A stretch of 63,416 nt of DNA, counting the filler, from Reclinomonas americana ATCC 50394 (Eukaryota), in the NCBI GenBank assembly GCA_048213135.1. It is 11 parts of 4 records of this genome, joined end to end, with 100 filler letters (N's around TTAATTAATTAA, not from the genome) between each part and the next. Parts side by side here need not be neighbours in the genome. Positions count along the whole stretch, not along the records: positions 30,103 to 36,906 come from PS015765.1; positions 37,007 to 39,892 come from PS015765.1; positions 39,993 to 41,219 come from PS015765.1; 8 more parts are not named here. One strand, given 5' to 3'. The position numbers were made by a program, and so were the translations under genes. Each line of letters opens with the position of its first letter. Position 1 is the first letter of the stretch. A model generated the notes under the pieces. That model did not search any database. It worked only from the letters and a program-made list of their open reading frames with translations, and was not told where the DNA came from. Below, one piece after another: positions 30,884 to 41,319 of the stretch.

Positions 30884-31591
30884 TCAGACAGCCAGGGCCG
30901 TCAGCAGGCGCGTGCGGTCGTCCTCGTCCTCGGCATCCCCGCTCAGCACGATCCGCCCGCGCTCGATCACGACGAAGCGGTCGGTCACCGAGAGCGCCTC
31001 GTGCACGTTCTGCTCGACCAGCAGCACGATGCAGCCGCGCTCGCGCAATTCGCGCACGATGGCAAAGACCTCGGCGACGATCATCGGCGCCAGTCCCTCG
31101 CTGGGCTCGTCGACCAGCACCAGCCTGGGCTCGCCGACCAGCACGCGCGCCATGGCGAGCATCTGCTGCTCGCCGCCCGACAGCGTCGTGCCGAGCTGGC
31201 GGCGGCGCTCGCCGAGGCGCGGAAAGCGGTCGTAGATCTGGTCGATGGCGGCGCGCTCGGCCTTGGCTGCCCGGCCGCGCACCTGCAGCAGGCCGAGCTG
31301 CAGGTTCTCCTCGACGGTGAGGCCGGGAAAGATGCGCCGGTCCTCGGGCACCAGCCCGACGCCGGAGAGGCAGATCCGGTCGGGCGCGAGCCCGTTCAGG
31401 GCTTGGCCGCCGAGCGTGATCGCGCCCTCGCTCGGTTTCACCCAACCGGCGATCGTCTTGAGCAGCGTCGTCTTGCCGACGCCGTTGCGGCCGAAGATGC
31501 CGATCACCTCGCCGGGCGCCGCCGAAAGGTCGATTCCCTGGATGACGTGGCTCAGGCCGTAATGGCTGTGCAGTCCGTTGATCGCGAGCAT
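30884..31591 (-). CDS. ABC transporter ATPase (LivF-like)
   Basis: GRNGVGKTT, LSGGEQQM, VDEPSEGLAP. Confidence 0.93.
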   Translation of the reverse strand: MLAINGLHSHYGLSHVIQGIDLSAAPGEVIGIFGRNGVGKTTLLKTIAGWVKPSEGAITLGGQALNGLAPDRICLSGVGLVPEDRRIFPGLTVEENLQLGLLQVRGRAAKAERAAIDQIYDRFPRLGERRRQLGTTLSGGEQQMLAMARVLVGEPRLVLVDEPSEGLAPMIVAEVFAIVRELRERGCIVLLVEQNVHEALSVTDRFVVIERGRIVLSGDAEDEDDRTRLLTALAV

Positions 31592-31592
31592 G

Positions 31593-32336
31593 TCAGTGAT
31601 GTCCGAAATAGGCGGCCTGCACCGCCGGGTCGGCCCGCACCATGGCGGGCGGTCCCTCGGCGAGCTTGCGGCCCTGATGCATGACGACGACATGGTCCGA
31701 GAGGTCCATGACGAGCCCGATATCGTGCTCGATCAGCAGCACGCTGACATCGCGGCTGAGTTCGCGCACCAGCTTCGCGGTGTCGGCCGTGTCGGCATGG
31801 CTCATGCCCTGCGTCGGCTCGTCGAGCAGCAGGATCTTCGGCTCCGATGCCAGGCAGACCGCGATCTCGAGCCGGCGCTGGTCGCCATGCGAGAGATTTC
31901 CGGCGAGTTCGTCGCGCTTGTGGCCGAGCTGGAAGCGCTCGAGCATCTCGCCGGTCTTGGCGAGCGCCCGGGTCGAGCGGCCGAGCGGGAGGAAAGCGCG
32001 CGCCGTCGGCTCCAGCACTTGCGCCGCCATGCGCAGGTTCTCGGCCACCGTCAGCTCGAAGAACAGGTTGGTGATCTGGAACGAGCGCGACAGCCCGGCC
32101 GCCTTGGTGCGCGCCGGCGAGGCGCCGGTCATGTCGACGCCGTCGATCAGGAGCTGGCCGGATTTCGGCTTGAGCGCCCCGCTGATCAGGTTGAACAGCG
32201 TCGACTTGCCGGCGCCATTCGGCCCGATCACGGTGGTGATCCGGTTGCGCTCTGCACTGAAGCTCACCTTGTCGACCGCCTTCAGGCCGCCAAAGGCGAT
32301 GCCCAGCTCGCGGATTTCGAGGACGGGACCGCTCAT
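31593..32336 (-). CDS. ABC transporter ATPase (LivG-like)
   Basis: GPNGAGKST, LSHGDQRRLE, LLDEP, VQAAYFG. Confidence 0.93.
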   Translation of the reverse strand: MSGPVLEIRELGIAFGGLKAVDKVSFSAERNRITTVIGPNGAGKSTLFNLISGALKPKSGQLLIDGVDMTGASPARTKAAGLSRSFQITNLFFELTVAENLRMAAQVLEPTARAFLPLGRSTRALAKTGEMLERFQLGHKRDELAGNLSHGDQRRLEIAVCLASEPKILLLDEPTQGMSHADTADTAKLVRELSRDVSVLLIEHDIGLVMDLSDHVVVMHQGRKLAEGPPAMVRADPAVQAAYFGHH

Positions 32337-33376
32337 GGCTTGGCACTTCCCGCTTCGAGCCGGGCCGGGGCGAAAGACGGCGCGGCCGGCTTTTGCGCAC
32401 CGGCGAGCAGGCGCTGCTCGATGCGCGGCCGGATGAAGCCGACCAGCCCCTTGGGCAGGAACATCACGCAGACCATGAAGATCAGGCCGATCACGATGAG
32501 ATGGTGCTCGGTCCAGCTGCCGATGATCGACTTCAGCAGGACGAGTAGCACCGAGCCGTAGATCGCGCCGATCAGCGTGCCGACACCGCCGAGGATGACC
32601 GAGATCACCGCATTGCCGGACGTCACGAAGAACATCAGCTCCGGCGAGACGAAGCCGCGCAGCATCGGATAGAGCGCGCCCGAAAGCCCGGCGATCAGCC
32701 CGGCCAGCACATAGGAGAACATCCGCGCCCGCCAGACCGAATAGCCGAGGAAGGGCACGCGCTTCTCATTCGCCTTGAGCGCCGTCAGCACCCGCCCGAA
32801 CGGCGTGTCGAGCAGATAGGCGGTGATTCCGTACAGTCCCATGATGATCGCCAGCACGACCAGGAAGAAGCCGACCGGATTGCCGGCCGAGACCGAGACC
32901 GGGCCGAAGCCGATCTCGATGACGGGGATGCCGATCATGCCGTCGGAGGCGCCGAGCTCGCGGGTGTTGTAGACGACCTTGGCGACGACCTGCGCCAGCC
33001 CGAAGGTGATCAGCGCGAAATAGACGCCGCGCACCCGGTTGGCGGTCAGGCCGCCGACGATCGAGGCGATCAGCGTCGCCCCGCCCGCCGCCGCCATGGC
33101 GAGCCAGAAGGACGGCACCTTCAGCAGGGTCAGCGCCGAGACATAGGCGCCGATGCCGAAATAGAGCGCCTGTCCCAGCGAGAGCGCGCCGGAATAGCCG
33201 AGCAGCAGGTCAACAGAGAGGGCGAGGCCGGCGAAGATCAGCGCCTCCGTGCCGAGGCGAAGGTAGAAGGTGTCGCCGCTGGCGGCGCCGATCGCGGCGA
33301 GCGCTAGCGCTGCCGTGACGAGGACAAGGGCGAGCAGATGGCTCGCGCGCATCGACAATGTCAGCCGGTCACGCAT
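32333..33376 (-). CDS. ABC permease (LivM-like)
   Basis: LLLGYSGALSLGQ, RGVYFALIT, TPFGR, ILGGVG. Confidence 0.93.
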   Translation of the reverse strand: MRDRLTLSMRASHLLALVLVTAALALAAIGAASGDTFYLRLGTEALIFAGLALSVDLLLGYSGALSLGQALYFGIGAYVSALTLLKVPSFWLAMAAAGGATLIASIVGGLTANRVRGVYFALITFGLAQVVAKVVYNTRELGASDGMIGIPVIEIGFGPVSVSAGNPVGFFLVVLAIIMGLYGITAYLLDTPFGRVLTALKANEKRVPFLGYSVWRARMFSYVLAGLIAGLSGALYPMLRGFVSPELMFFVTSGNAVISVILGGVGTLIGAIYGSVLLVLLKSIIGSWTEHHLIVIGLIFMVCVMFLPKGLVGFIRPRIEQRLLAGAQKPAAPSFAPARLEAGSAKP

Positions 33377-34259
33377 GGCCGAGCCTCCCGAACAGGCCCT
33401 GCGGGCGGAAAACGAGGAAGGCGACCATGGTCCCGAACACGATCGGATCGGTCCAGACCGGCGAGATCACCAGGCTGGCCAGCGCCTGCACCTGCGTCAG
33501 CAGCAGGCCGGCGACGACCGCGCCCCAGATCGAGCCCATGCCGCCGACGATGACGACGGTGAAGGCGAGCAGGATGAAGTCGCGCCCCATGGTCGGGAAC
33601 ACCGAATAGATCGGCGCGAGCAGGACGCCGGCAAGACCTGCGAGCGCCACGCCGAAGGCGAAGGTGCCGGCATAGACCAGCGCCACCGGCACGCCGAGCG
33701 AGGCCGCCATATTGCGGTCGAAGGCGGCCGCCCGCACCATCGCGCCGAGACGGGTACGATAGACGACATAGGCGACGCCGTTGACGATCGCCGCGCCTAC
33801 TACGATCAGGAAGAGCCGGTAGTTCGGCACGATGATGCCGGCGAGTTCGGTCGCGCCCGGAATGGGCGTCGGCGGACGCTGGGTGTTGGGGCCGAAGGCG
33901 ACCTTGAGCAGGTCCTCGACCACGAGCGCGAGGCCGAAGGTGACGAGCAGCGTGGTGACGTGCCGATCCCGGCTGTCGAAGACCGGCCGGATCAGCAGGC
34001 GCTCGGCCGCCATGCCGAGTGGCACCATCAGGACCGGCACCAGCACGAGCAGGAACCAGAAGCTGATCCCGGCCGCACCCAGCGCGAGGGCCGCATAGGC
34101 GCCGATGGCGTAGAACTCGCCATGGCTCATGTTGATGACGTCGAGCATGCCGAAGATGATCGTCAGCCCGAGGGCGACCAGCACCACGGCGACCCCGAGC
34201 GCGAGCCCGTTGACGACCTGCGGCGCCAGCACGAATTGGAGGTAGTCGAGGGCATTCAT
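33369..34259 (-). CDS. ABC permease (LivH-like)
   Basis: ALGLTIIFGMLDVINMSHG, RTRLG, VVIVGGMGS, RPQGLFG. Confidence 0.93.
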   Translation of the reverse strand: MNALDYLQFVLAPQVVNGLALGVAVVLVALGLTIIFGMLDVINMSHGEFYAIGAYAALALGAAGISFWFLLVLVPVLMVPLGMAAERLLIRPVFDSRDRHVTTLLVTFGLALVVEDLLKVAFGPNTQRPPTPIPGATELAGIIVPNYRLFLIVVGAAIVNGVAYVVYRTRLGAMVRAAAFDRNMAASLGVPVALVYAGTFAFGVALAGLAGVLLAPIYSVFPTMGRDFILLAFTVVIVGGMGSIWGAVVAGLLLTQVQALASLVISPVWTDPIVFGTMVAFLVFRPQGLFGRLGHA

Positions 34260-34323
34260 GTCATGTGCTTTCGCGAGGGCGGTGTGACCCCTCCCATGTG
34301 AAGGGAGGGGTCGGCGCCTGTCC

Positions 34324-35505
34324 TCAGAACCTTGTGCAGGCGTCGGGGCCGATCGCCTTGTCGGCGTCGACCTTGTCGATGATGTCGAACTTGCCCTTGG
34401 CGACGCGCACCACATACATCGGCTGCATCGCCTGGTGATCGCCGGCGCGGATGGTCTTGGCGCCCTGCGGAGTCTGCCAGCTCAGCCCGCGCAGCGCCTC
34501 GCGCACCTTGTCGGTCTCGGTCGAGCCCGCCTTCTCGACGGCGGCCTTGTAGGCGAAGAGCAGGCCGTAGCTGTCGGCGCCGTAGAGATCGGGATCGGCC
34601 TTGTTGGCCGCGCGGAAGGCTGCGACGAACGCCTTGTTCTCCGGTGTGTCGATCTGCGGGGAATAGCCGACGCCGGTGGCGAAGCCCTCGGCGGCCTGGC
34701 CGATCGCGCCGATGTTCTGCGAGGTCACGGTGCCGGAGGCGCCGACGACCTGCAGGTTGGTGAGCAGGCCGAAATCCTGCAGCTGGGTCAGCAGCCTGAC
34801 CGTGTCGTTGCCGGCGACGGAGGTGTAGAGCACCTGCGGCCGTGAAGCGCGAATCTGGCCGAAATACTGGGTGTAGTCCTTGGAATCGAGCGGCGCGAAC
34901 ACCTCGCCGCCGGTCGGCGCACCGGATTTCTCAGCGCTGCTCTTGAAAGCGGCGACGGTCGAGCGGCCCATCTCATAGTCGGGGCCGAGATAATAGACCT
35001 TGGCCTTCGGCTTCTCCTTGGCGAGCCAGGCGGCGAGCGCGACCGATTGCTGCTCGGCGCGCGCGTTCACGCGGAACATGTTCGGCGAGCATTTGTCGGT
35101 GGTGATCGAGTCGGCGAAGGAGACCGTCGTCGCCGCGAGCTTGGCGTTGCGCTCGGCCAGCTGGGCGACAGCGAGCGTCGAACCGGAATTGACCGTGCCG
35201 GTGAGGAAGTCGACCTTCTCGACCTGGAACAGCTTCTCGGCCTTCTGCACGGCGACGGCCGGGTTGGCCTCCTCGTCCTCGAAGACCAGGCTGACCTGCC
35301 TGCCGGCGATGCCGCCCCCTGCGTTGATCTCCTTGGCGGCGAGCTCCAGGCCCCAGCGCACCTGCTGGCCGATCGGGGTATAGGTGCCCGAGAGCGGCGT
35401 GACGACGCCGATCTTGATCGGGCCGCTCTGAGCGAGCGCACCGTCGGTGAGCGCCGTCGCAGCGAGCAGCCCGGCGGCGACAGTGAGATATCCGGTCGTC
35501 TTCAT
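34324..35505 (-). CDS. ABC substrate-binding protein (LivK/PBP1 type)
   Basis: Signal peptide, IKIGVVTPLSG, EINAGGGIAGR. Confidence 0.92.
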   Translation of the reverse strand: MKTTGYLTVAAGLLAATALTDGALAQSGPIKIGVVTPLSGTYTPIGQQVRWGLELAAKEINAGGGIAGRQVSLVFEDEEANPAVAVQKAEKLFQVEKVDFLTGTVNSGSTLAVAQLAERNAKLAATTVSFADSITTDKCSPNMFRVNARAEQQSVALAAWLAKEKPKAKVYYLGPDYEMGRSTVAAFKSSAEKSGAPTGGEVFAPLDSKDYTQYFGQIRASRPQVLYTSVAGNDTVRLLTQLQDFGLLTNLQVVGASGTVTSQNIGAIGQAAEGFATGVGYSPQIDTPENKAFVAAFRAANKADPDLYGADSYGLLFAYKAAVEKAGSTETDKVREALRGLSWQTPQGAKTIRAGDHQAMQPMYVVRVAKGKFDIIDKVDADKAIGPDACTRF

Positions 35506-35553
35506 GGTCGTTCCCTCGGTTCTGGTTGTTGTTCTACGGTGTCGGTCGGGCGA

Positions 35554-35579
35554 ACCCGCACGGGCATGCCCGTGCGGGT
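35554..35579. repeat. Perfect 26-bp intergenic palindrome; further stem-loops at about 34287-34312 and 39406-39441
   Basis: ACCCGCACGGGCATGCCCGTGCGGGT is self-complementary; the 39406 element has a 13-bp stem. Confidence 0.75.
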
Positions 35580-35590
35580 CATTTGCCGGC

Positions 35591-36394
35591 TCATCGGCCG
35601 GTGAACTGCGGCGCGCGCTTGGCGTGGAAGGCCTCGACGCCTTCGCGGAAATCGTCGGACTGGCGCAGGCGGCTATAGCAGTGCCCTTCCAGCTCGATCG
35701 CGATCGCCAGCGTCGAATCCTCGGTGTCGTTGAGCAGCTTCTTGGCGGTGCGCTGGGCGATCGGCGAGAAGGAGCGCAGCTCGTCGACCAGCCGGTCGGT
35801 CGCGGCCTCGAGCTCGGCATCGGGCACGCATTCGGTGGCGATGCCCCAGTCGAGCGCCTGCTTGCCGGAGATGCGCTTGGAGCGCATCACGATGTCCTTG
35901 GTCCGGGTGATGCCGACGATCTTCTGCAGGCGAGCCGAGCCGCCCGAGCCGGGGATCTGCCCCAGCTTCTGCTCCGGCAGCGCGTATTGGCAGGTCTCAG
36001 AGACGATCCGGAAATCGCAGGCGAGCGAGATCTCGAAGCCGACGCCGAAGGTGTAGCCGCGATTGGCGACGATCACCGGCTTGGAGCAGCGCGCCGGCGC
36101 GGCGATGTTCCAGGCGAGCTTGGAGACATGCTCGGGCGAGGCCTCCAGGAAGCCCTTGATATAGCCGCCGGAGGAGAAGTGCTCGCCGACGGCCCGCAGC
36201 ACGATGATGCGCACGCGATCGTCCTCGTCGAGCGCCTCGAACACCTTGCGCAGCTGGTCGCGCTGAGCCATCGCGACCGTGTTCATCGGCGGCCGGTCGA
36301 GGATGATGTCGGCGCGCTCGCGGGCAGGATCGATCTCGACGCGGAAGCCGTCGAGGCCGGTGAGGCTGGCGTGGATCGGGGTGACTGCGTTCAT
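35591..36394 (-). CDS. Crotonase-fold enzyme, probable 2-oxoglutaroyl-CoA hydrolase (HmfE-like)
   Basis: FSSGG, FGVGFEISLACDFRI, LPEQKLGQIPGSGGS; context with CoA ligase and Mo-hydroxylase. Confidence 0.75.
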   Translation of the reverse strand: MNAVTPIHASLTGLDGFRVEIDPARERADIILDRPPMNTVAMAQRDQLRKVFEALDEDDRVRIIVLRAVGEHFSSGGYIKGFLEASPEHVSKLAWNIAAPARCSKPVIVANRGYTFGVGFEISLACDFRIVSETCQYALPEQKLGQIPGSGGSARLQKIVGITRTKDIVMRSKRISGKQALDWGIATECVPDAELEAATDRLVDELRSFSPIAQRTAKKLLNDTEDSTLAIAIELEGHCYSRLRQSDDFREGVEAFHAKRAPQFTGR

Positions 36395-36423
36395 GGCTGT
36401 GGCTCTCGATTTCAGGGTTGGGG

Positions 36424-36906
36424 TTATTCGGCGGCGAGGTCGGGTCGCTCGGGCTCGTACTCGCCGGCGACGAGCTGGCGGCGCAGCAGCTTGCCGACCG
36501 GTGATTTCGGGATCGCCTTGACGAACTCGTAGCGGCGCGGACGCTTGAAATTGGCGAGGCCGGAGAGCTTGCAGTGCCGGTCGAGCTCCTCGGCTGATAC
36601 GGCCGAGGCGCGCTGCACGAAGGCGACGACGATCTTGCCCCAGCGCTCGTCGGGCAGGCCGACCACGGCCACCTCCGACACGGCCGGATGCAGCGACAGG
36701 CAGCTCTCGATATCGACCGGCGAGACGTTCTCGCCGCCGGTGATGATCATGTCGTCGACGCGGCCGGTGACGAAGAGGTCCCCGTCCTCGTCGAAATAGC
36801 CGGTGTCGCCGGTGAAGTACCAACCGTCGCGCAGCGACTTGGCGTCGGCTTCGGGCCGGCGCCAGTAGCCTTCGAAGGCCTCGTCGCTGGCGGCGAGGGC
36901 GATGAT
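36424..36906 (-). CDS. Acyl-CoA synthetase 3' part (probable furoyl-CoA ligase, HmfD-like)
   Basis: GWYFTGD, GRVDDMIITGGENV, PDERWG, PKSPVGK. Confidence 0.8.
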   Translation of the reverse strand: MIALAASDEAFEGYWRRPEADAKSLRDGWYFTGDTGYFDEDGDLFVTGRVDDMIITGGENVSPVDIESCLSLHPAVSEVAVVGLPDERWGKIVVAFVQRASAVSAEELDRHCKLSGLANFKRPRRYEFVKAIPKSPVGKLLRRQLVAGEYEPERPDLAAE

Positions 36907-37006
36907 NNNNNNNNNNNNNNNNNNNNNNNNNNNNNNNNNNNNNNNNNNNNTTAATTAATTAANNNNNNNNNNNNNNNNNNNNNNNNNNNNNNNNNNNNNN
37001 NNNNNN

Positions 37007-39394
37007 GGCGAGTGCCGCAAGCCTGGCGGGTGTCAGCGGCAGGCTGATCTCGGAGGCCCCGAGCGCATCCGCGACCGCATTTGCCAGGCAGACCGGCGTC
37101 GACATGCAGTTGCCCTCGCCGACCCCCTTGGTGCCGAGCGGCGTGAAGGGCGAGGGCGTCTCGATGTGCAGGATCTCGATATCCGGCGTCTCGGTCGCGG
37201 TCGGCAGCAGATAGTCGGCGAAGGTGCCGGTCAGGAAGGCGCCGTCCTCGGCATAGGCGAGCTCCTCGTAGAAGGTCGCGCCGAGGGCCTGGGCGAAGCC
37301 GCCGCGGATCTGGCCCTCGACCATGCCGGGATGCAGCACCCGCCCGCAGTCATGCATGGTGACGTAGCGGTCGATCCGGACCTTGCCGCTGCTCGGATCG
37401 ACCTCGACGCTGGCCATGTCGAAGATGAAGCCATGGCAGAGCGAGGAATTGATCTCGTCGCCCTCGCTCGGCGCAGTGAGCTGCGGCGGCGTCCAGAAGG
37501 CGGTCTCGCGGATCGTCTGGTCGACGCCATCGGGCAACAGCGCCGGCGACCAGTGGCAGAGCGCCGCGATCCGCCCGAACGGGATGGTCTTGTCCGGGTT
37601 GCCCTTGGCGAAGACCGCGCCGCCGGCAAAGCCGATCTGCCCGGGCTCGGCCTCGAGCTGGTCCGCAGCGATCAAGGCGAGCTTGTCGCGCAGGCGGGTC
37701 GCAGCGAGATGGGCGGCCCCGGCCACCGCCGCGGCAAAGCGGCTGGAATAGTTGCCGGAGGCGATCGACCATGCGTCCTTGCCGGTGTCGAGATCGGCGA
37801 CGACCCTGATGTCGCGATGCGGCAGGCCGAAGATGTCGGCGACGACCTGCGCCAGCACGGTGCGATGGCCCTGGCCCTGCGGCGTCGAGGCGACATGGAC
37901 GCTGACCGAACCGACCGGGTCGATCGAGACCGTCGCCGTCGCCTGCGCGCCGTTCTTCGGCCCGGCCTTGCGCCGCTCCTCGGCGGTCAGCACGGTGGTG
38001 ATGTAGCCCATATTGGAGACGCTGGGCTCGACCGCCGCGGCGAAGCCGATGCCGTAGTGCCTGCCGGCGGCCCGCGCTGCGTTGCGGCGCTGTTCGAGCT
38101 CGGCGAGACGGCCGGCGACGGCCTGCTCGACCGCGGTCTGGTAGTCACCGGAATCGTAGAGCGCGCCGGTCGCGGTGCGATACGGGAAGGCGCCGGCCGG
38201 GATCAGGTTGCGGCGGATGACGTCGAGCGGATCGAGCCGCAACTCGACGGCGATGCGCTGCATCAGCCGCTCCAGCGCGAAATAGACCTGCGGGCCGCCG
38301 AAGCCGCGCACCAGCCCGGTCGGCGCCTTGTTGGTCAGCACCACGCGGTTGCGCATCGCGACATGCCGGATGTCGTAGGCGCCGGTCATGTTGCCGTGCA
38401 TCCGGTAGAGCGTGGCCGGCTCCGGCGCACGAGGATAGGCGCCGCAATCCTCGATCTGGTCCCAGTCGAGCGCGCTGATCCGCCCCTGCGCCGACACGGC
38501 CGCCTTGAGCGTGGTGACACGGTTGGTCGCCGCCACCGCCGCGCCGAGATGCTCGAGCCGGTCCTCGATCCATTTCACCGGTCGCCCGGCGATCCGCGCA
38601 GCGACGCCGATCAGGACGGCATAGGGCGCGACGCCCTGCTTGACGCCGAAGCTGCCGCCGGAGTCCGGCGGCATGCGCAAACGCAGGCGGTTGCCGGGAA
38701 CCTTCAGCGCCCGCGCCAGCACGGTATGGATGCTGAACGGGCCCTGGAAATTGGCGAGGATGTCGTAGACGCCCTCATGCGGATCGTACTCGGCGACGAC
38801 GCCGAAGGTCTCCATCGGCGCGCCGGTATTGCGCGGATAGGCGATGCTGACCGAGATCGTGTGCGCGGCTGCGGCGAAGGCGGGCTCGGGCTCGCCATAG
38901 CGGAAGCGGCGATCGCTGACGAGATTGGCGCCGGCCTTCTCGTGCAGGACGGGCGCCTCCTCCGCCATGCTGGCGACGGGATCGACGATCGCCGGCAGCG
39001 GCTTGTACGCGATTTCGATCGCATCCAGCGCATCCTCGGCGAGATAGCGGTTCTCGGCGACCGCGATCGCGACGGGCTCGCCGACATAGCGCACGCGCTC
39101 GACCGCCATCGGCCAGTTCTCGGCGGCGATCTTCAGTCCGGCGACCATCGGCGTGGTCAGCCTGGCAAGATCGCGTCCCGTGACGATCGCCACCACGCCC
39201 GGTAGCGCGGCGGCGGCCCCGGTCCCGATCGAGAGGATGTCGGCATGGGCGTGCGGCGAGCGCAGGATCGCGGCGTGCAGCGTGCCCGGCCTGGTGCCGA
39301 GGTCATCGATGAAACGTCCGCGACCGGTCAGCAGGGCAGCGTCCTCGACGCGCTCCACGGACTGGCCCGTCCAGGAAATGGTTTCAGCCTTCAC
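37007..39394 (-). CDS. Xanthine dehydrogenase-family molybdopterin subunit (probable HmfA-like furoyl-CoA dehydrogenase large subunit); 3'-partial
   Basis: RVEDAALLTGRG, RSPHAHA, GGSFG, RGFGGPQ, QGQGH, EGQIRGG, KGVGEG. Confidence 0.85.
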
Positions 39395-39522
39395 CGGCGT
39401 TCGGCTCCCGTGAGGCGCTCTTACGGAGGCGCCTCACGGGAAGGTTCGGTCATCGGCCGGCCAGGTTCGATCCCGCTCAGTCTCGGAACTTACCGAATAG
39501 TCTCAAATTCGAAGAAAATGCC

Positions 39523-40437
39523 TCAGCGACCCAGCCGCGCCACGCTGCGGAACTCGCTCGGCGCCACCGAGCAATGGTCGCGGAAGAAGCGCGTGAAGTG
39601 CGCCGGCGCGCTGAAGCCAAGCCGGTCGCCGATCGCGCTGAAGCTCTCCTCGCCGTCGACGACGGCGCCGACCGCGAGCTCGACCTTCAGCACATTGAGA
39701 AAGACATGCGGCGTCACGCCGGTCGAAGTCTCGAACATCCTGAAGAAATGTGCCCGCGACAGGCCGGCCTCGCTGGCCAGCCGCTCGATCGAAAGCGACG
39801 CGGCGGGATTGGAGCGCATCAGTGAAATCGCCCGGCGCACCCGGAAATCGACCGCATTCGAGCGCGCGATCTCACGCAGCGAGGCGCCGATCNNNNNNNN
39901 NNNNNNNNNNNNNNNNNNNNNNNNNNNNNNNNNNNNTTAATTAATTAANNNNNNNNNNNNNNNNNNNNNNNNNNNNNNNNNNNNNNNNNNNNCGATCATC
40001 AGCTCGGAGAGCAACTCCTCCTGCCGGCGGTTGGCGCCGGGCTCGTGCACCATCTCGGCGGCGAGATCGAGCGCGGTCTGGCGGATATAGGCGCTGACTT
40101 CGCCGGCGGAGTGCTCGAAGAAGCCGGGCGAGCCACTCGCCGCCCAGTTCGGCCGGAAGCTGCGCAGCCACTCCGGCTCGATATAGAGCGCCAGGATCAG
40201 CGCGTTCTTGCGGGAGGGATCGTGGACGTAGGCATGCGTCTCCCACGCATTGACCAGCACGGCGAGATCGTCGGTCAGCGGCGCGACATGGTCCCCGACC
40301 AGGAACTGCGTGTCGTCGCCGTCGACCTTGAGCAGGACATGGCAATGCGGATGCGCGTGCCGGACGAGGCTGCGATCCATGTCGAGCAGCGCCACCCGGC
40401 CGAAAGCTCCGTGCGCGATGCGCAGGGCATCCGACAT
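39523..40437 (-). CDS. AraC-family regulator, split by a linker
   Basis: Cupin HAHPHCH at the N-terminus; LSRAHFFRMF and LGFSAPAHFTRFF HTH at the C-terminus. Confidence 0.9.
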
Positions 40438-40560
40438 GCCGTTTCCTCACCCAGTATCGTGTCGTCGGGCGGCCAGCCGCCAGAGGCCGGGATATTGGAC
40501 GGCAGCCGGCCGTCTTTCAAGGCAGCCGAACCGACCGCTTTGTCGCGGGTGGTACAGGAC

Positions 40561-41219
40561 TCAGACCCAGCCGCCGTCGACGACATAATGCTGGTTGGTG
40601 CAGGCGCCTGCCTCCTCCGAGGCGAAGAACAAGGTCGCGCGGGCGATATCCTCGGGCACCAGGCGGCGCTTCAGGCATTGGCGGCGCATCAGCTCGGCCT
40701 CGCTCTCTGGCGTCAGCCACAGGTCGATTTGGCGCTGCGTCATGATCCAGCCCGGCGCGATCGCGTTGACGCGGATGTTGTGCTCGCCGAAATCGCGCGC
40801 CAGCGAACGCGTCAGCCCGAGCACGGCCGATTTCGCCGCCGTATAGGCCGGCATTCCGCCCTGGCCGATCATCCAGGAGGTCGAGCCGAAATTGACGATC
40901 GCGCCGCCCTTCTTCGCGATCATGTCGGGCAGCACCGCCTGCGCCGCGAAGAACTGGTGCTTCAGGTTCACCGCCATGCGCTCGTCCCAGTATTCGGGCG
41001 TGACCTCGAGCGCGTCATGGCGCTGGTCGTGCGCCGCGTTGTTGATGAGGATGTCGACCGGTCCGAGCGCAGCCCGGATCGCGGCGATCGCCTGGCGCAG
41101 CGCCGTGATGTCGGTCAGGTCGGCGCGCTCGAAATGGACACTCGCGCCAGCGGCAACGAGTTCCGCCGCAATGGCGCGGGACTCCGCCTCCTTGAGATCG
41201 ATGAAGCCGACCTTCGCGC
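40561..41219 (-). CDS. SDR oxidoreductase, sugar dehydrogenase-like (5'-partial)
   Basis: NNAA, NFGS, YTAAK, VVDGG. Confidence 0.88.
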
Positions 41220-41319
41220 NNNNNNNNNNNNNNNNNNNNNNNNNNNNNNNNNNNNNNNNNNNNTTAATTAATTAANNNNNNNNNNNNNNNNNNNNNNNNN
41301 NNNNNNNNNNNNNNNNNNN

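Noticed and set aside
37166..39205. Long antisense ORFs (679 aa here; also 30116-31684, 23609-24796)
   Set aside because: Shadow ORFs of high-GC coding genes on the opposite strand, with no motifs.
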